Shown here: piece after piece, positions 50,696 to 64,000 of the stretch
How the letters are laid out: every line of letters begins with the position of its first letter
Position numbering within the stretch: position 1 is the stretch's first letter
From: Basidiobolus meristosporus CBS 931.73
Taxonomy: Eukaryota > Fungi > Basidiobolomycota
Direction: 5' to 3'
Assembly (NCBI GenBank): GCA_002104905.1
Contig: MCFE01000010.1
Span: forward strand, 124,001 to 188,000
DNA: 64,000 bases
The notes under the pieces: generated by a model
The model's input: only the letters and a program-made list of their open reading frames with translations
What the model was told of the DNA's origin: nothing
Databases searched by the model: none
Made by a program: the position numbers and the translations under genes

Positions 50696-52811
50696 ATGAA
50701 ATACGAACGCGGTAGACAAACCAAGAATAGAGTCAATCGAGGGGATTCTTCCTCCACTTCAAAATCCGGGAAATCCAAACAAGCGGAACTCTCCCAAAAT
50801 TCTCGTAGAAATGGTCGCCTAAAACTCAAAAATAGAAAAGGAAAACCAAAGAGTGACGAACATAGCAGGTCCGAATCTTCGTACGCACAAAGCTCGCAAG
50901 CTGCGACTAATCCAGCGAACGCAGCCCAAGTAAACCAGACTATGCCAGAACTTCCAGGTTTCTATTATGATCCGGAGCGTAAACGATACTTCAAGATCCT
51001 TCCGAACCGAAGTGCACCGGTCAGCCATCCGTATAGGCAGGATAATTTAGTGCAGAAACAAAAACAAAAAGAAGTCGAAGAGAGGAACAAACTGGAATGT
51101 GAGACGGCCAACAGACAGACTGTGCGGACGTCTCATAGAAGCTATTTAAGGGAACGGGAGATAACCTCTAACAAGGACTCTATATCGTTACGGAGGTGAG
51201 TCAACTAGATAATCTTTGGAGATGTCTCATACTCAATACGCCTCACCTTTTACCCAGCAATGCTGAGAAATTCTTCTGTCGTTCGCTTCAATGTCAAGCT
51301 ACGCTTGAAATACCTAATGGGATCGAAATATCAGATATACAGGTGAGCTGCAACTAATGTCCTTTCACGAAGACCTTGATTAAAATACTATTTTCTATCA
51401 ATAGATCCTCCCCCATCGCACGCAGCTGCTATGCGGACAGATGGATGGCCATGTCCGGTACAAAATCATCAGTCATACTCCGCAGATTGAAATTTGTGTA
51501 AACTGATATCCTTTTAGCTTGTTGAATTACCAACACAATACTGGTGACTTCGTTGATCAGGAGTGGCACTCTTACACAAAGCATCCCACGCAGATTACAT
51601 CTATCAGTATCGGAGGAGATGAATTGGTCGTGTAAGTAACCATTGAGTGCTCACATGCACATGTTTCTCTAACCGACTCCTGGTACAGCTGCACTTCTTT
51701 TAATCACTGGTCACTTGGTCGCATTTTAGGAGATCGCGTTACAACGGGTTAGTTACTGGCAAAACGGATTATGTGAGAGTTTTACTAAATCTAGATTAGT
51801 TCATTCCTCACACATGGAGAACACCACGATATGGACATCAACAGCTCATGGAGTAAGGAATATTGCGCTCGGTAAGGCTTTCAACAGATGCTATGCAAGG
51901 CGGAACTAACTCTCGTGAATGAAACAGGTACCTCGGAAGGCTTATTTATGATGGACCCGAATAGAGAGAACATTCACGTTAGACGTATCCGAACTCACAG
52001 CGACGTATTTACGATTGCAGTAGAGCCCAATGAGGTACTTTCCAAATGGATATGGGTGTGTCCATTAAAGTAACTCACCGGTGCTTAGGACAATATCTAT
52101 TATTCTGGCTGTCGCAACGGGAAAATTTCTCTCCTGGATCTTCGTGGGCGTCCCGAAAATGCCTTGGGATATCGACATCGCTCAGCTGTTTGTCAGCTAA
52201 GTCGAGTTGGGGACTGGGGACTGGTTTCTGGTGGGATGGATGGCGCGGTAAGAATTACAACTGGCATTTGGTGTTTACGATGAGTTCAACTAACCACCTC
52301 ATACATACTAGGCTCTCTTATGGGATCTTCGGAAACAATCCGAGCCGCTTCTACATTCCATTGCATCTAAACATCCACCACGGAAAAAACGCAAGCAAGA
52401 AACCCAAGTTACACCGATATTGGACTACCATGGGCATGTTAATGAACATGTTCGCAAGCTTGGGTTCTCCATTAATTCGCAGGGAAGTCAACTGGTGATC
52501 GGTACGTAAAATGAATCAATGTCCGTCTGTGAAGACAAATGCCCAACTAAACCATGATAGCTGGCCAGGATCGCATGCTTCGGTTTTGGGATGTTTATTC
52601 AGGTCAAACACTCCGTCAACCTATCGGACAGTTCGAGGGAGAAATCACAGCTACAAGATGGTGTCAAGAAAATGATATGCAAACTATCCGGAAGATGGAA
52701 AGCCTCCCAGATTTTCAAATAAACTTGGCAAACGCCAAAGATCTGCTAGCCCCCAGGCGAGGTTTGTGGGTCGCAGCAGGAAAGACATTACACTGGTATG
52801 AGATGGCTTGA
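50696..52811 (+). CDS. WD40-repeat protein, DCAF4/WDR21-like, multi-exon
   Basis: PELPGFYYDPERKRYFKILP N-terminal motif; later exons with SDVFTIA, LLDLR, LWDLR and LRFWDV WD-type ends. Confidence 0.75.
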
Positions 52812-53335
52812 GCGACTGTCAGCCGTGTATAGTGAAAAGTAATAAAAATCACTTGCATGGGATATCATTTCTGGTCTACTATTCGGGCAAGATGAAGCAT
52901 AGCATGCATTCAATGGTTACATAGAAACCGTTGGTTCTTGCTTTCAAGAATATTGTCCAAAGTTGGACAATCGCTGTTAATTGGTGACTAACTTTATTTA
53001 AGTGTCACTAAAACCTTAGAGCGTATATGTACCTTGGAAGTTGCCTTGATTGACGTGTGAGACTGAATAATAACACCCATTCTCTACACCAATTGCCAAT
53101 TCAACAAGTGATAATAAGAACAATGATGTCATTAACAAATCATGAGACCTCCAAATCGGAGTCGGCAATTCGCAACTAGCAATTGGGCCATTTAGTCTCC
53201 ACTGCCTCATCAACTTGGAATTAAGTGAGAATCAATCAGACCCTACTATTAAGCACCATCATGACGATTCAATTTAAACAGTCAGAAACTACGCGTGCGC
53301 TATTTCAAACTCTAACGCACACTTGAATAAACCTT

Positions 53336-55466
53336 ATGGAGGACTTCGATTATAATGCGGTGTCTTGGGACACTGGGGATACTACTGAAATCAATACTAA
53401 TGATCCATTAGCCCTGTTTGATAGTACTGCCGATGTGACCACCTCGTTAAGCTATTTCGATGAGGGAGAAACCGCACAACCCTTCAACTACTCCGCTGAC
53501 CAAGGCAGTCCACAACAGCAAACGACAACTCTGGTAATGAGGGGCATCTTGGCGGCATCTTGTTTCTTGAACTCATTGGGCCTTTCTCATTTGAACTACT
53601 TTAGCAAACCACGGAAAACGATAATGATAACGCTCAAGCCTCCACCTCACGAAGCCCTCCTGCAGCCAGTCCTGACAAACTGCTGACTCCAGTGAAGATG
53701 AAAGTTTCTATTGTGGATCCTCAGAAAGAGTATGAGGGGACCACAGCCCAACATATCTCCTACTTGGTAACCACTGAGGTATCTGTTGCCGTGCGAACTT
53801 CTCTGGCTGAGCCTACAAGATGAACTAAATATGCCCCCTGCTTTAGACCGAACTAAGCACTTTTCCTAAACCAAATATCCAAGTGCGTAGAAGATTCCAA
53901 GAATTCGTATGGCTGTATAATACGCTTGTGTATGAATATCCTGCATGCATCATACCACCTTTACCAGAAAAGCACCGAATGGGTAAGTCAGAAAGGCGCT
54001 GAAATCCCCCCCTCAGTATTTAAATTAACTAATCAATGCACCTGATAGAATATCTCAAAGGAGATAGGTTCGGCCAAGAGTTCGTAGAGAAGAGGAAAGA
54101 CAGGTAGAGTGATAATGCCGACTTTATCATTACTTCTCATATTGATGAGGCTTCGCAAATACAATTCCATCAGCTTGGAGCGCTTTTTGCAAAGAATCGC
54201 TAGACATCCCACTCTCCAAAAAAGCGAGTGTCTAAGGATCTTCCTCACCTCTGACAAGTTTGTACGTATCATTTATGCTATATGATCGCATTTGGTAAGA
54301 ACCCCAGGTTAAAGTTTGAATATCAAATGCTGCAGTCAAATGATTCAGCCGCTCGCGCCAAAGGAGAAGGGGTTTTCGAGAATATCGGGGATGCCATTAT
54401 CAACGCCTTCACCAAAGTCCAAAAGCCTGACGACCGGTTTTCTGAGATCAAGGAAACCATCGATAAGTTCGAAGAGAACCTCCATACTATCGAGAAGCTG
54501 TACCAGAAAATCATCAAAAAGCAGAATGGTAGGGAACACATGTTGCTATGATAGAGAACATCTCCTGATGGGTTATTTTGTGTCCAGAACTCGAGTTGGA
54601 GTATGCAGAACTTGGAACCGAAGTCAAGGGACTTAGCGAATTGGAGACTCGGATTGCGGATCCACTGACGAAGTTTGGGGACGCCATCAATAAGCACACC
54701 TCTGCCACAAAGCATATGGTATGCTTCAAAAGCGCGTAGCTTAATGGTCCAACATCCTTATCAGACACTTCTAATAGATTAACCAAGAGGAAGGAGTATT
54801 CCTCAGCCAAATCCACGAGTACATCAGCTACTGTGCTAGTATCAAGGTGTGTTGACGATATGTCTATCCATCTTCGATATACTCACACCGGGGCTCTATT
54901 TCTAGGGAGTTATGAAACTTCGAGAACAGAAGCAAGTGGATTTTGAAGAGCTTACTGCTTTTCTTAACCAACAAAAGAACGAGCGAGAGAAACTCATCAA
55001 TCATGAAAAATCGACCGGCCTTTCATCGTTCATCAAGGGAAAATACGACGAGATCAAAGGGGTAGATCAGGAAAAGGCCAGACAGAACAAGCTCGAAAAA
55101 GTCGAAGCGAAGGTCAAAGAGGTAACATTGAAAACTCACTTGTCACTCAAATATTTGGTTGACTTCTCCGTCTGTATTTAGCTTGAGGACGCAGTGAATA
55201 GCAGTAACGATGTGTCCGTAAAGTTCTCGGAAGAAGTGCTCAAGGAGTTTGAAATTTTCCAAACCTCAAAAACGGTCGACCTTAAAACCTCATTCAACAA
55301 CTACTGTCACAGTCAAGTAGAGTATTACAAGACGGTAATCCAGTTTGTTGAACATTCTTTCGTGGCCCTCATACTAATCAAAATAACCTGGTGTGTAGGG
55401 GATTTCCATTTGGGAAGAGATTATCCCTATTCTCGAAGGCATCCATCCCCAATAGCCTTGTCGTAA
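53336..55466 (+). CDS. SNX4: Sorting nexin 4 (Atg24), PX-BAR, multi-exon
   Basis: HISYLV, VRRRFQEFVWL, IIPPLPEKH, GDRFGQEFVEKR and RIARHPTL PX motifs, followed by BAR coiled-coil exons. Confidence 0.85.
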
Positions 55467-55629
55467 TTCTATGTAATTCAATTTAACAATAAATACATTG
55501 ATCTGTCTTATCACGTGATGTTATGACCAATATCGGATAATGTGAAAAAAGAAAAAAATCGCCAACAAACACTTGATTAGGTTCAGAGTTCGCCAGGAAG
55601 AGCTTCTTTACAGGTTTCCAAGCTTTAAC

Positions 55630-56125
55630 ATGTCTGACGAGGAATTAGATAACTGGGATAACGATCCAATCGTACGTTCTCCGCCATTTTTCAACAGGGA
55701 CTGAAGATTCTGACTCACTTTGCTTTGCGTTCTTTAGGATGAGGGAGAGGAGGCCGAAGAGGGATACGATGAGGTGGATTTCAACCAACAATCCATGATT
55801 ATAGAGAACATGAGTGGCGAGCCCATGGAAAACAAAGAAAAATACACAACCCCTTACATGACGAAGTATGAAAGGGCGCGTATTTTGGGAACGCGAGCTT
55901 TACAGATCAGGTAAGTGAGTACATCTAACCCTGCTACTCGAACACCCAGAGTAACAATCCACCAGTATGAACGCCCCAATTATGGTTGAACTCGACGGCG
56001 AATCGGATGCCTATTCCATTGCTCTGAAGGAGCTCCGTGAAAAGAAGATTCCGTTCGTTGTTAGACGCTTCCTACCCGATGGCAGTTACGAAGATTGGAG
56101 TGTGAAGGACCTCATTATAGACTAA
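55630..56125 (+). CDS. RPB6: RNA polymerase I/II/III shared subunit Rpb6, 3 exons
   Basis: [22 protein letters not shown]|MNAPI...[21 protein letters not shown]. Confidence 0.95.
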
Positions 56126-56431
56126 ACGCTTTCATCCTTGCCATGACGAATGTGCTAGGCTTCCAATGATTAGGATTAGGATCAGAATTAGGAAGAAGTT
56201 GTTTATACTATATTGCTCACTATTCCACGTAGACGTTATTTGTCATTACGTTTAAATAAATCAAATCTCATATATCATCAGGTCGCCAATTCTTGACAAA
56301 AGATTGATCTGAATTGGCCAATCATACAGAATAGCTTAATGGCCCGTTTTTTTTTTCCAGCTAATGTAATTTTATGAAAGTGGAACATTGAACTGGCTCT
56401 TCCCTCCTCTTCCTTATCGAAGTTTGCAACC

Positions 56432-56770
56432 ATGGAAAACGATCAAGGTGTTCTCGTCGACTTGTACGTCCCCAGAAAGTGGTATGTACCCGCAACAACG
56501 TAGAAGAACAAACCCAGCGACGATACAACGGTTCTAATCCTTTGACCTTGATTCAACAGCTCTGCCACTGGCCGTCTCATCCCCGCTAAGGATCACGCCT
56601 CCGTCCAAATCAACATCGGTGAAGTCGATGCCGAAGGTCGTTATACCGGTTCTTTCCAAACCTATGCCTTCTCCGGCTTCGTCCGCAAGCTCGGTGAATC
56701 CGATGATTCCCTTAACCGTCTTGCCACCAAGGATGGTTTCTTGAAGAACGTCTGGTCTTACCAAAAGTAA
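56432..56770 (+). CDS. RPS21: 40S ribosomal protein S21, 2 exons (intron 56482-56559)
   Basis: [17 protein letters not shown]|[19 protein letters not shown]...[11 protein letters not shown]. Confidence 0.97.
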
Positions 56771-58069
56771 GAAACACCCGGGTTCCTAGAGAGCATGTTT
56801 TACATACTTAATAAACGCCATTTTTCTCGGTATTTGCTTTTCATGTTTCCAATGGACTAGCGCTTAGTTGGAGCCGGGGCCAAGATGGATTTTGATGGTT
56901 CCAGCGAAGTAGCCAGCTTCAATGCTGAGTCCTTCAACATATACATTAATTCATCATCTATTACTATGATATAATCGGAGCTCACACAACCAAGGTGCTT
57001 GATGACTCATGTTATTGCTGATGTCGCACACATTTATCTATCTGTAGTTTCCAGCTATCTGTCACTAGTTTCGGTTATTCCAGTTTGGCATCTAGAGTAT
57101 ATCTTACCTAACTTGCAGACTAAGCCCAAAGCTCATCGATACCGTGTTGCCAAGTTCACTCAAGTCATGTAGATATTCACCTCACAATTGGATTCTCACT
57201 GGTAGAATTAATCCATATCAGCAGTTAGATACTAATGGAATCAGATAAATGGCAATCAGGGTTAGATACTCTTAGGTACGAAACTAATTCAACCAAAATG
57301 GATCAAGTTAATCTAGTAACTTCAGGTTAACATTTGATCGTCTGGCGTTGTTTGACGTGGAGTAGTGGAATTCGAGGGCTTACTTGCCACCAAGAGTCCC
57401 CAGACCACTCAGCTGACTCTATCCATCTTCGCTGCACGCGGTGTCTGAGTAATGTTCGATATGGATGTGACGTTGGGAACATTCCAACCTTACTCGAGTT
57501 CTTGCCGGAAATTCATTTGCGAACGCGATGATCGCAGCGCTTTCAGAGTAATCCAAAGGAAATCACTCTGAAAGCCGTTGATGTACTACTTCGTTAAAGG
57601 GAACAGGATCGCCTCCTCATGACCTATTCTGTGTAATGTGAAGAAAAATGTGGATCAAAGCATGAAAATCAACTCACCTACAATCGAGGGGCCCGCGTCC
57701 AGAACGGTTTGCTGTTTTGGCCTTGAGCGAGAATAAAACACCGGTTACCAGTATGTTTCTGTGTTTAATACGAAGGGTTGTGTATTTCCTTTGGTAAGTC
57801 GAAACATCAGATCGCGGTTCACCAAAACTGGCGAACCTTCCTTGCACCTTCTTATAGACATGGTGTCATACCAGGCATTTGTGCGCCAAATCAATCAAGG
57901 TGGAATCGCTGCGTTTTCAAAGATGTTTATTGTGGTTGAGGGCTTGTGAATGACAAAAACATAGACCTCATCGATTAAGTTTCGGCTGAGACCCATCGAA
58001 TTCCACGAAAGCCCGCTCAGGGCTCGAGAAGGTGGTAGGGACAACAGAACATCTCGCTAAATCCGGGAT

Positions 58070-58380
58070 TTACTGAGATTTGGACAATTGCCAGGCAGAG
58101 GCAACAAAAGGTAGAGCGTATCCGAGGCCAAAGAAGGCGACCATCTTCACAGCAAGAGCCTTCTTCTTTTTGACGTCAAATGGCAAATGCTATGTCCACA
58201 CGAAGTTTGCAAGAGAAACCAGTAAGTATCCAGTTTCCAAGGTGAGGAGGAATAGTTAGAGTTTCACAGAAAGGGAATACTTACAGCGCCATTTTCGTTT
58301 TCAAAGTGGTATGCACTTCTGGTAACGTTGGGTCGAACTAACGAGCGGGAACGGATAGCAGCACGGGCAAAGACTGACAT
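58070..58380 (-). CDS. COX7C: Cytochrome c oxidase subunit VIIc (yeast Cox8-like), 2 exons
   Basis: Arg-rich mitochondrial presequence, YHFENENGA|HLPFDVK...FFGLGYALPF..AWQLSK. Confidence 0.85.
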
Positions 58381-60388
58381 GTTTCTGAACTGTTTAGAGT
58401 TGAGAAAGGAGCAGGAGCCGCAAGATAAACTTCGGCATGGTTCTAGACTCTGCCTAATGCTCCCCGGAGCAAAGTACTTGGGGTAATGGGTTGCCTCGTT
58501 TGAATCGTTTCTCATTTTATATTTATTAAATTGTTACAGTACCAAATCAAGTGCAGCTGCCCCAACCTACATCACAACCACGATAGATTAATTAGGATAC
58601 AAAATGGTCGAATCAAGTTTGCTTAACGGAGTGAGCTGCAGAATAAACAAAGAGCCAAGCAGGCATTGAGCAATTATGGGCCTCTTTCCGAGACTATCCC
58701 TGCTTCTTCGCACTGTTGGTTGGCGTTTGGCTGGTGATCTAGTCTAAAGTCTATGGAAATATGAACATACTAGAGGGCACTATGGAGAACAAGATCCACA
58801 GGGATTACTCTACATTTGAGATTGGCATTGTCTTAAATGCTCAGAGAGGTCTAACTCATGCTACTAATGCGAGTTTTTGCCACAATCTGGGGCAACATGT
58901 TTTATATCCTGTGGACGTCAAGCTACCGATCTATACGGTTGGGATTTGAATGAGCTTGAAGATAGTTTAGTTCTACTGACAAGGCGGGTTCAGAATCTTG
59001 CATACCCCCAGACGCTAGGAAATCCAGTTTTCGAACCTGCCCAGTTGTTTTCATCGCAGTTAGAAAGAAATAGGTAGCGACCAGTGCTGCCAAGTAGATG
59101 TATTCAGCTGCAATCAATGGGATAGTTCTGTATTGATGGATGGCTCAGACTCGACGCGTACATGACCATCACGTACTAGAAATCCCAACATAAGTTCCCT
59201 AATCAGGGCGACCTTCCAACTTTTCTGGAATGAGCTCGCTGGTTCCAGAACAGTGTTCCCTATTGACTAATTCATCCGGAAACAGGCAATCAATAATCAA
59301 CAGAAATTGAATCAATCAAAATTAGACTAGCCTTACTTTGACTTCAACTCCGCCGGCTTGAATTGGATTTCGCGGCATACAAGGAGATTTTTCATATTAA
59401 TCCGATCAAGATTTGTGGCAAGTAATTCCTCGAAGAGTAACCGCACTGAATAGGCTTTATACATGGCACGGTGGCCGCAGTTTCCAATACTCCTCCACAC
59501 AGTTCCTTTCCGGGATAACTCATATATACTTTCGCATACACCACTGCCTTTCCAGGGCATATTTTGAGATTACACGAGAATCGGTAATGGGAAACTCACG
59601 ATATAGATCACAAATGAAGCATAATGATCTGTATACAGATGATGATTTGATGGGATTTACTGCACAAACGCAACGAATTGTCAATACAGCGTCAATATTC
59701 CCCGGGGAAATAGGTTGGCTGGAACTGGGACTACTTACAAATTTTGTTGTGTAGACAAGTTTACATTGTAAATCCACATTTTATTATCAGCCTGATATCC
59801 AGTAGGTGCGATGAGACCAGCAGATATGCCAATCACATCTGTGGTGTATGGTTGGACAGTGGTAATTGTGCCCCCAGTTGGTCTTGCTTGGCCAGTGTCT
59901 TTTCCGTGTGTTAAGCGCATTGTTACGTTCAGCAGTCTTGGGCTATACTCGAGCGTGGGTCGGGTGACGATTGGGAAGGGAGACAGCTGCTCAGCGTGGT
60001 GCTAATTCCAGCGGAGCTTTGGTACGGTTCGAAGGGGTGGGGATGCCGTTCGTTCTAGTCGCCGGTTGTTGCACTGCCAAGTATAGTATTTATGTTTGAC
60101 AATGAAGGCTGAAGTAACCATCCAAATCCTGATATGTACTTTGCCGGATTTCGCAGCAAGTGATCATGATCAGCACACAGTTGGATTTGTGAAGGTACTG
60201 GTGCTATGACACCAGCCGAATCAGGCCATATATCTATACATCTACCATGGGAATTCCACGGTGCACGAACAATTAGAAAAACGGAAATAACCTAGCATAG
60301 TCTGGCCTGTTGAGGCTTAGAGCCAATCCACCCGTCGACCAATCCCCTATAAAAAGGCAAGCGGGTCACGGAAGATGCATAGCTCGAG

Positions 60389-61242
60389 ATGTTAGAGGAA
60401 CACATCAGGAAAATCAATGTTCGTATCCCAACATTTGTCCTCAACCTTTATAAGTAAGGCCATCTTCTTTTCTTCTTGCTGTTGCATAGCTAACAGAACC
60501 ACATCTCTAGGATACTCTCTGATTTACAGTATTCGGATACAATAGATTGGGATAAATCTGGCACCAGGTTTATCATCAAGGATCCAGGAAATCTTGCTTC
60601 CAAGGTCCTTCCCCAATACTACGAAACGAGTAAATTCGCTTCGTTCTCGCGTCAACTGAACGTAATTCTCTTTAGTCCAGGCTTCTTTCCAGAAATGATG
60701 TATTAAAGTTTGGATAGATTTATGGGTTCCATAGGGTTTCTGACCGGCGAAGGACCAAACGGGATACCAATTTATCTACCATAATCTATTCACATCCACA
60801 TTTCAGGCGAAACCATCCCAGCTCTCTTCACCTAATTCAGCGCATGTCGGGCCCATATTCTAGAGAAAAACCCAGATTACCCCCCTCGAAAGCCTCCACC
60901 TCAGCATTGGTCTCCACGCCACCTTCACTACCGTCGCCAGCAACGGGCGAACCGGCCCCTCATGGCTCGTGTGAGAGCAATTCTGGGCCCGTAAAGGAGT
61001 GTACAAACTGCAAACATCTTCGTCAGGAAATAGCAGGCCTGAGCAAAGCAATAGCAAATTACATGATGATATTGAACCAGCCATCAATACCAGAAAAACC
61101 CTCCGTTTTCAATGGCAATCCACTTGTAAATCACGAAGTTCCTTGGCTCTCGGACATGTCGCTACCGTTCATCTCCAGCTACTCAGATTCCTTCCTTCTG
61201 GGGGAGGCGTCAAGTAGCTTCTATCACGAGCACAAGATTTAG
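60389..61242 (+). CDS. HSF-type DNA-binding transcription factor, 3 exons
   Basis: IPTFVLNLYK|ILSD...IDWDKSGTRFII...VLPQYYETSKFASFSRQLN|IYGFHRV...HPHFRR HSF domain. Confidence 0.88.
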
Positions 61243-64000
61243 TTCCACCCACATATTGAATATCCCACTATTTTTGATCCGGCTTCTACTCCTGCACAAT
61301 AAAAAGCTATCTAGATAACTTGTACTTTCAGGGATTGAATGCAACTAAGGCTAAATCCATTTGTCACTCACATGGATTGCATCTCCAACTTGACTCCTCA
61401 AATCAGCGCTGCCTCCGAAATCAGGAGTTTTATTCCAGTACTTTACAATGGCCCAGAACAAACCTGAAACGCAGTCTTCTCATCTGATTACGTCTTTGCC
61501 TTCAATAAGGTGACAGTCTATCTGTACTCTGACGATCAGGCATGATTCATTGTTGCGTCCATGGTTGGACACGTATTCCTATGTTGACCATAGCTGAATG
61601 GAGGTTGCTATTTTGTAAGTGGTCAAGGCCAAGTATTCAAAGACCATCAAACAAAGGAAACGGTTCGAATCTAGTTTGAGCTGTGTGTTCTACCTATGTA
61701 CAATGGATGTGCATACAAAGTGGATTTAGCAAGCCTATATGCCCAAGTCTAGATCCAATCTTGTTGAATGAGGCGTTTCCTAGTGGGTTTCAGAGGGGTG
61801 ATTGAGGATGATGTCGCAAATGTTTCATTAATGACATTTCGTCTATTGGTGTGATAGACAGTGCTGTACAGTTATTGGCAACATCTTATCTTGGAATGCA
61901 CGACTATATTCCATATCTGGAGGCGCACACGGCCAATCGTAGGGGTTATGGGTAACACACATCATTCCGACACCACTCAGCAGCAGCAATTATCACGCAC
62001 ACGCTGGCCATTGGTATGGCCACATACACATTTGTAATAAATCTGAGGTTCAAGAAATTGCCATGTAGCATCATGCAAGTATCATCTCGATGGGCCAGTA
62101 ATGGGCATGAACCCAACGACGACCTGATTTCATATGTTTGCAGGACCTGCATGTAAGGAGTCGAGCATCTTGGGGATCTTGTCCGATAATCCATGCTTAC
62201 TTGGCTGACTGCGCTGTCTCAGAGTCTAGATTACGCAAAGCCAATTGGGTCAGTGAGCTAGCCTCAAATACTTGAAAATACTTGCTGCGTGTGAATGCAA
62301 TCGCGTTGGTTTGCTTCTACGAGGCATTAATTGCTTCCTCAAAGCTGCGAGACCGGAACCATATGGGCAATCGGGAAGATGGTCGATTACTCGAGATTTA
62401 TCTGCACCTGATTCTCCGTTCCGATACCCTTATTGACCTCCATGAAACAGCAGTGTTTGTACGCAGGTTTCAGGAGCCACAATCAGTCATTACTGATGGC
62501 AGATAGATCACCATTTCTGAGGCACGTTGGTAGAGCTCATGCTCCGTTTATGCGAGCACACGTCCTAAACAACAAATCCCATAATTGGACGGGTTGTGCT
62601 GATGCCATGTCCCAGTCTACACAAATCTAACCCATAGATGGGCTTATTGGGATTTAATCACTAGAGATGTATACTCGTATTGTACATCATACCACCCTGC
62701 CAGATGCCAAATGTGCGGTGCACGTAGCCTGTTTGAGCAGGTCAATACTGGGGCAGCCGTCTCATTCTTAAACAAAGGTTTTGAACCAAACGGACATCAA
62801 CAAAGCGGAATCATTTTGAATTGTGAGTGTTTGTTGGTGAGAGGCGGGGAACGGGGCATCGGTGGATCAGGAGGACTAAGCGTGTCCGTGTTTAAGATGG
62901 ACTATGATAACAAGGATACCGAGGCCCGCCTGTTCTATGTTCTAACCGCTGAAACTATACGGTTTCGCAAGGTGGTTGAAACGGTGAATGTTATGTCCAA
63001 GAGTTGTATTACAAAATGTCCTACAATCCAGCGAAACATACTGGACGCTTGTCCTTTGTAGAAGAATGTTCTAATGGATTGCTCAATCGGTCGAAATCTG
63101 CCACTGGGGCATATATTGGTGTCAATGTAAACGTAGAAAAAAGGGTTGGTTAGATTGGAGATATTAACTTAATAACGCTTTGATGGAGCATAGTGTACCC
63201 TCAATCTTGTTGAACAATGCATTTAATCTATCCACCAGTTCGTGGGCAAAGATTAGTGTTGTCCTACGCTTCTTACGCGATGCAATAGCGGTGCCAGAGT
63301 GGTGTTGTGATGTTGTTACGTAGCAACCGTTTCCGCTCATTCGCAGATAATATCTGTATTGGTGATACTAAATGTTGATCGGATTGCTTTTTGGGAATAG
63401 CTGCGAACGCCAAGCTGGAAATGACATCAAGCGATTTAAGATTCGCTGGTGGGGAGCTGATGTTGGCTGGATATGTGCGTTAACTAGATAATACAAGCCA
63501 GGGCTTGTAGTTTTTGCTTTGTTGTCAAGTAGCAAACTGAACCATTTTCACCGAAGCTCTTCCAGCTCAAAGAATAAAGCCGTGTAAGTGACGTTCCAGA
63601 GTTTGTATCTGTCGTACTTTCAATGAGAGCTTGCTACAAAGCTCATTTCCACAGGTTACTTAGAGATGAAAAAGGTTGTCAATGACTGGCGACTTATAAG
63701 CATCTCGGAGAAGCGGTTTTTGAGGCTTTTTTAAATATAGTGCTTCGTTCCTCGAAGCTGAGCACGCTACAACCCCTACCCACCTGATTTCTCATCAACT
63801 GGCCCTCGACGACATATTGTAGGCCAATACTAAGATCGTCGTTTGCTTTGCTTCTTAAGGAAACCATTTCAGGTGAGAGACATCCCGACTATTGGCAACA
63901 GAATTAGACCAAATGAACTTTATTTATCACACTGAACATTCTTTTACATTGACTGGATCAATAAACAGAGACTTGTTTTGGCGTTACAAAGTAATGCTGT

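Noticed and set aside
56900-57950. Minus-strand fragments including HEEAILFP (hemerythrin-like)
   Set aside because: Single short motif among many stops; insufficient evidence.
58700-60100. Minus-strand fragments with splice-like signals and a hydrophobic segment
   Set aside because: No in-frame spliced model could be built.
61300-64000. Short ORFs at the window end (e.g. 62711-63061)
   Set aside because: No recognisable motifs, codon pattern or splice model.

Overview
Eukaryotic (fungal) genomic DNA: compact genes with about 55-70 nt GT-AG introns and CTAAC-type branch sites. An early-diverging (zygomycete-grade, possibly Basidiobolus-like) fungus is inferred, not proven. Housekeeping genes include transketolase, a Zn2Cys6 transcription factor, CWC21, PLPBP/YggS, a ZIP zinc transporter, glycogen phosphorylase, fumarate reductase-cytochrome b5, a FUSC/ALMT-like membrane protein, a FAR1-type factor, UPF1, a 7TM protein, a DCAF4-like WD40 protein, SNX4, RPB6, RPS21, COX7C and an HSF-type factor. 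Two features stand out. (1) An accessory island of about 11 kb between GPH1 and OSM1 carries a CFEM-like GPI protein, an intronless choline-kinase-like gene, an intact three-exon TET/JBP-type 2OG-Fe(II) dioxygenase, a Tc1-like relic, a secreted knottin-type peptide and a CpG-depleted LTR-like/inverted-repeat cluster. (2) A multi-exon gene fuses an RST-like helical domain to only the C-terminal half of selenophosphate synthetase, with catalytic elements missing. Gene models were spliced by eye and family calls come from motif recognition; no database searches were run.
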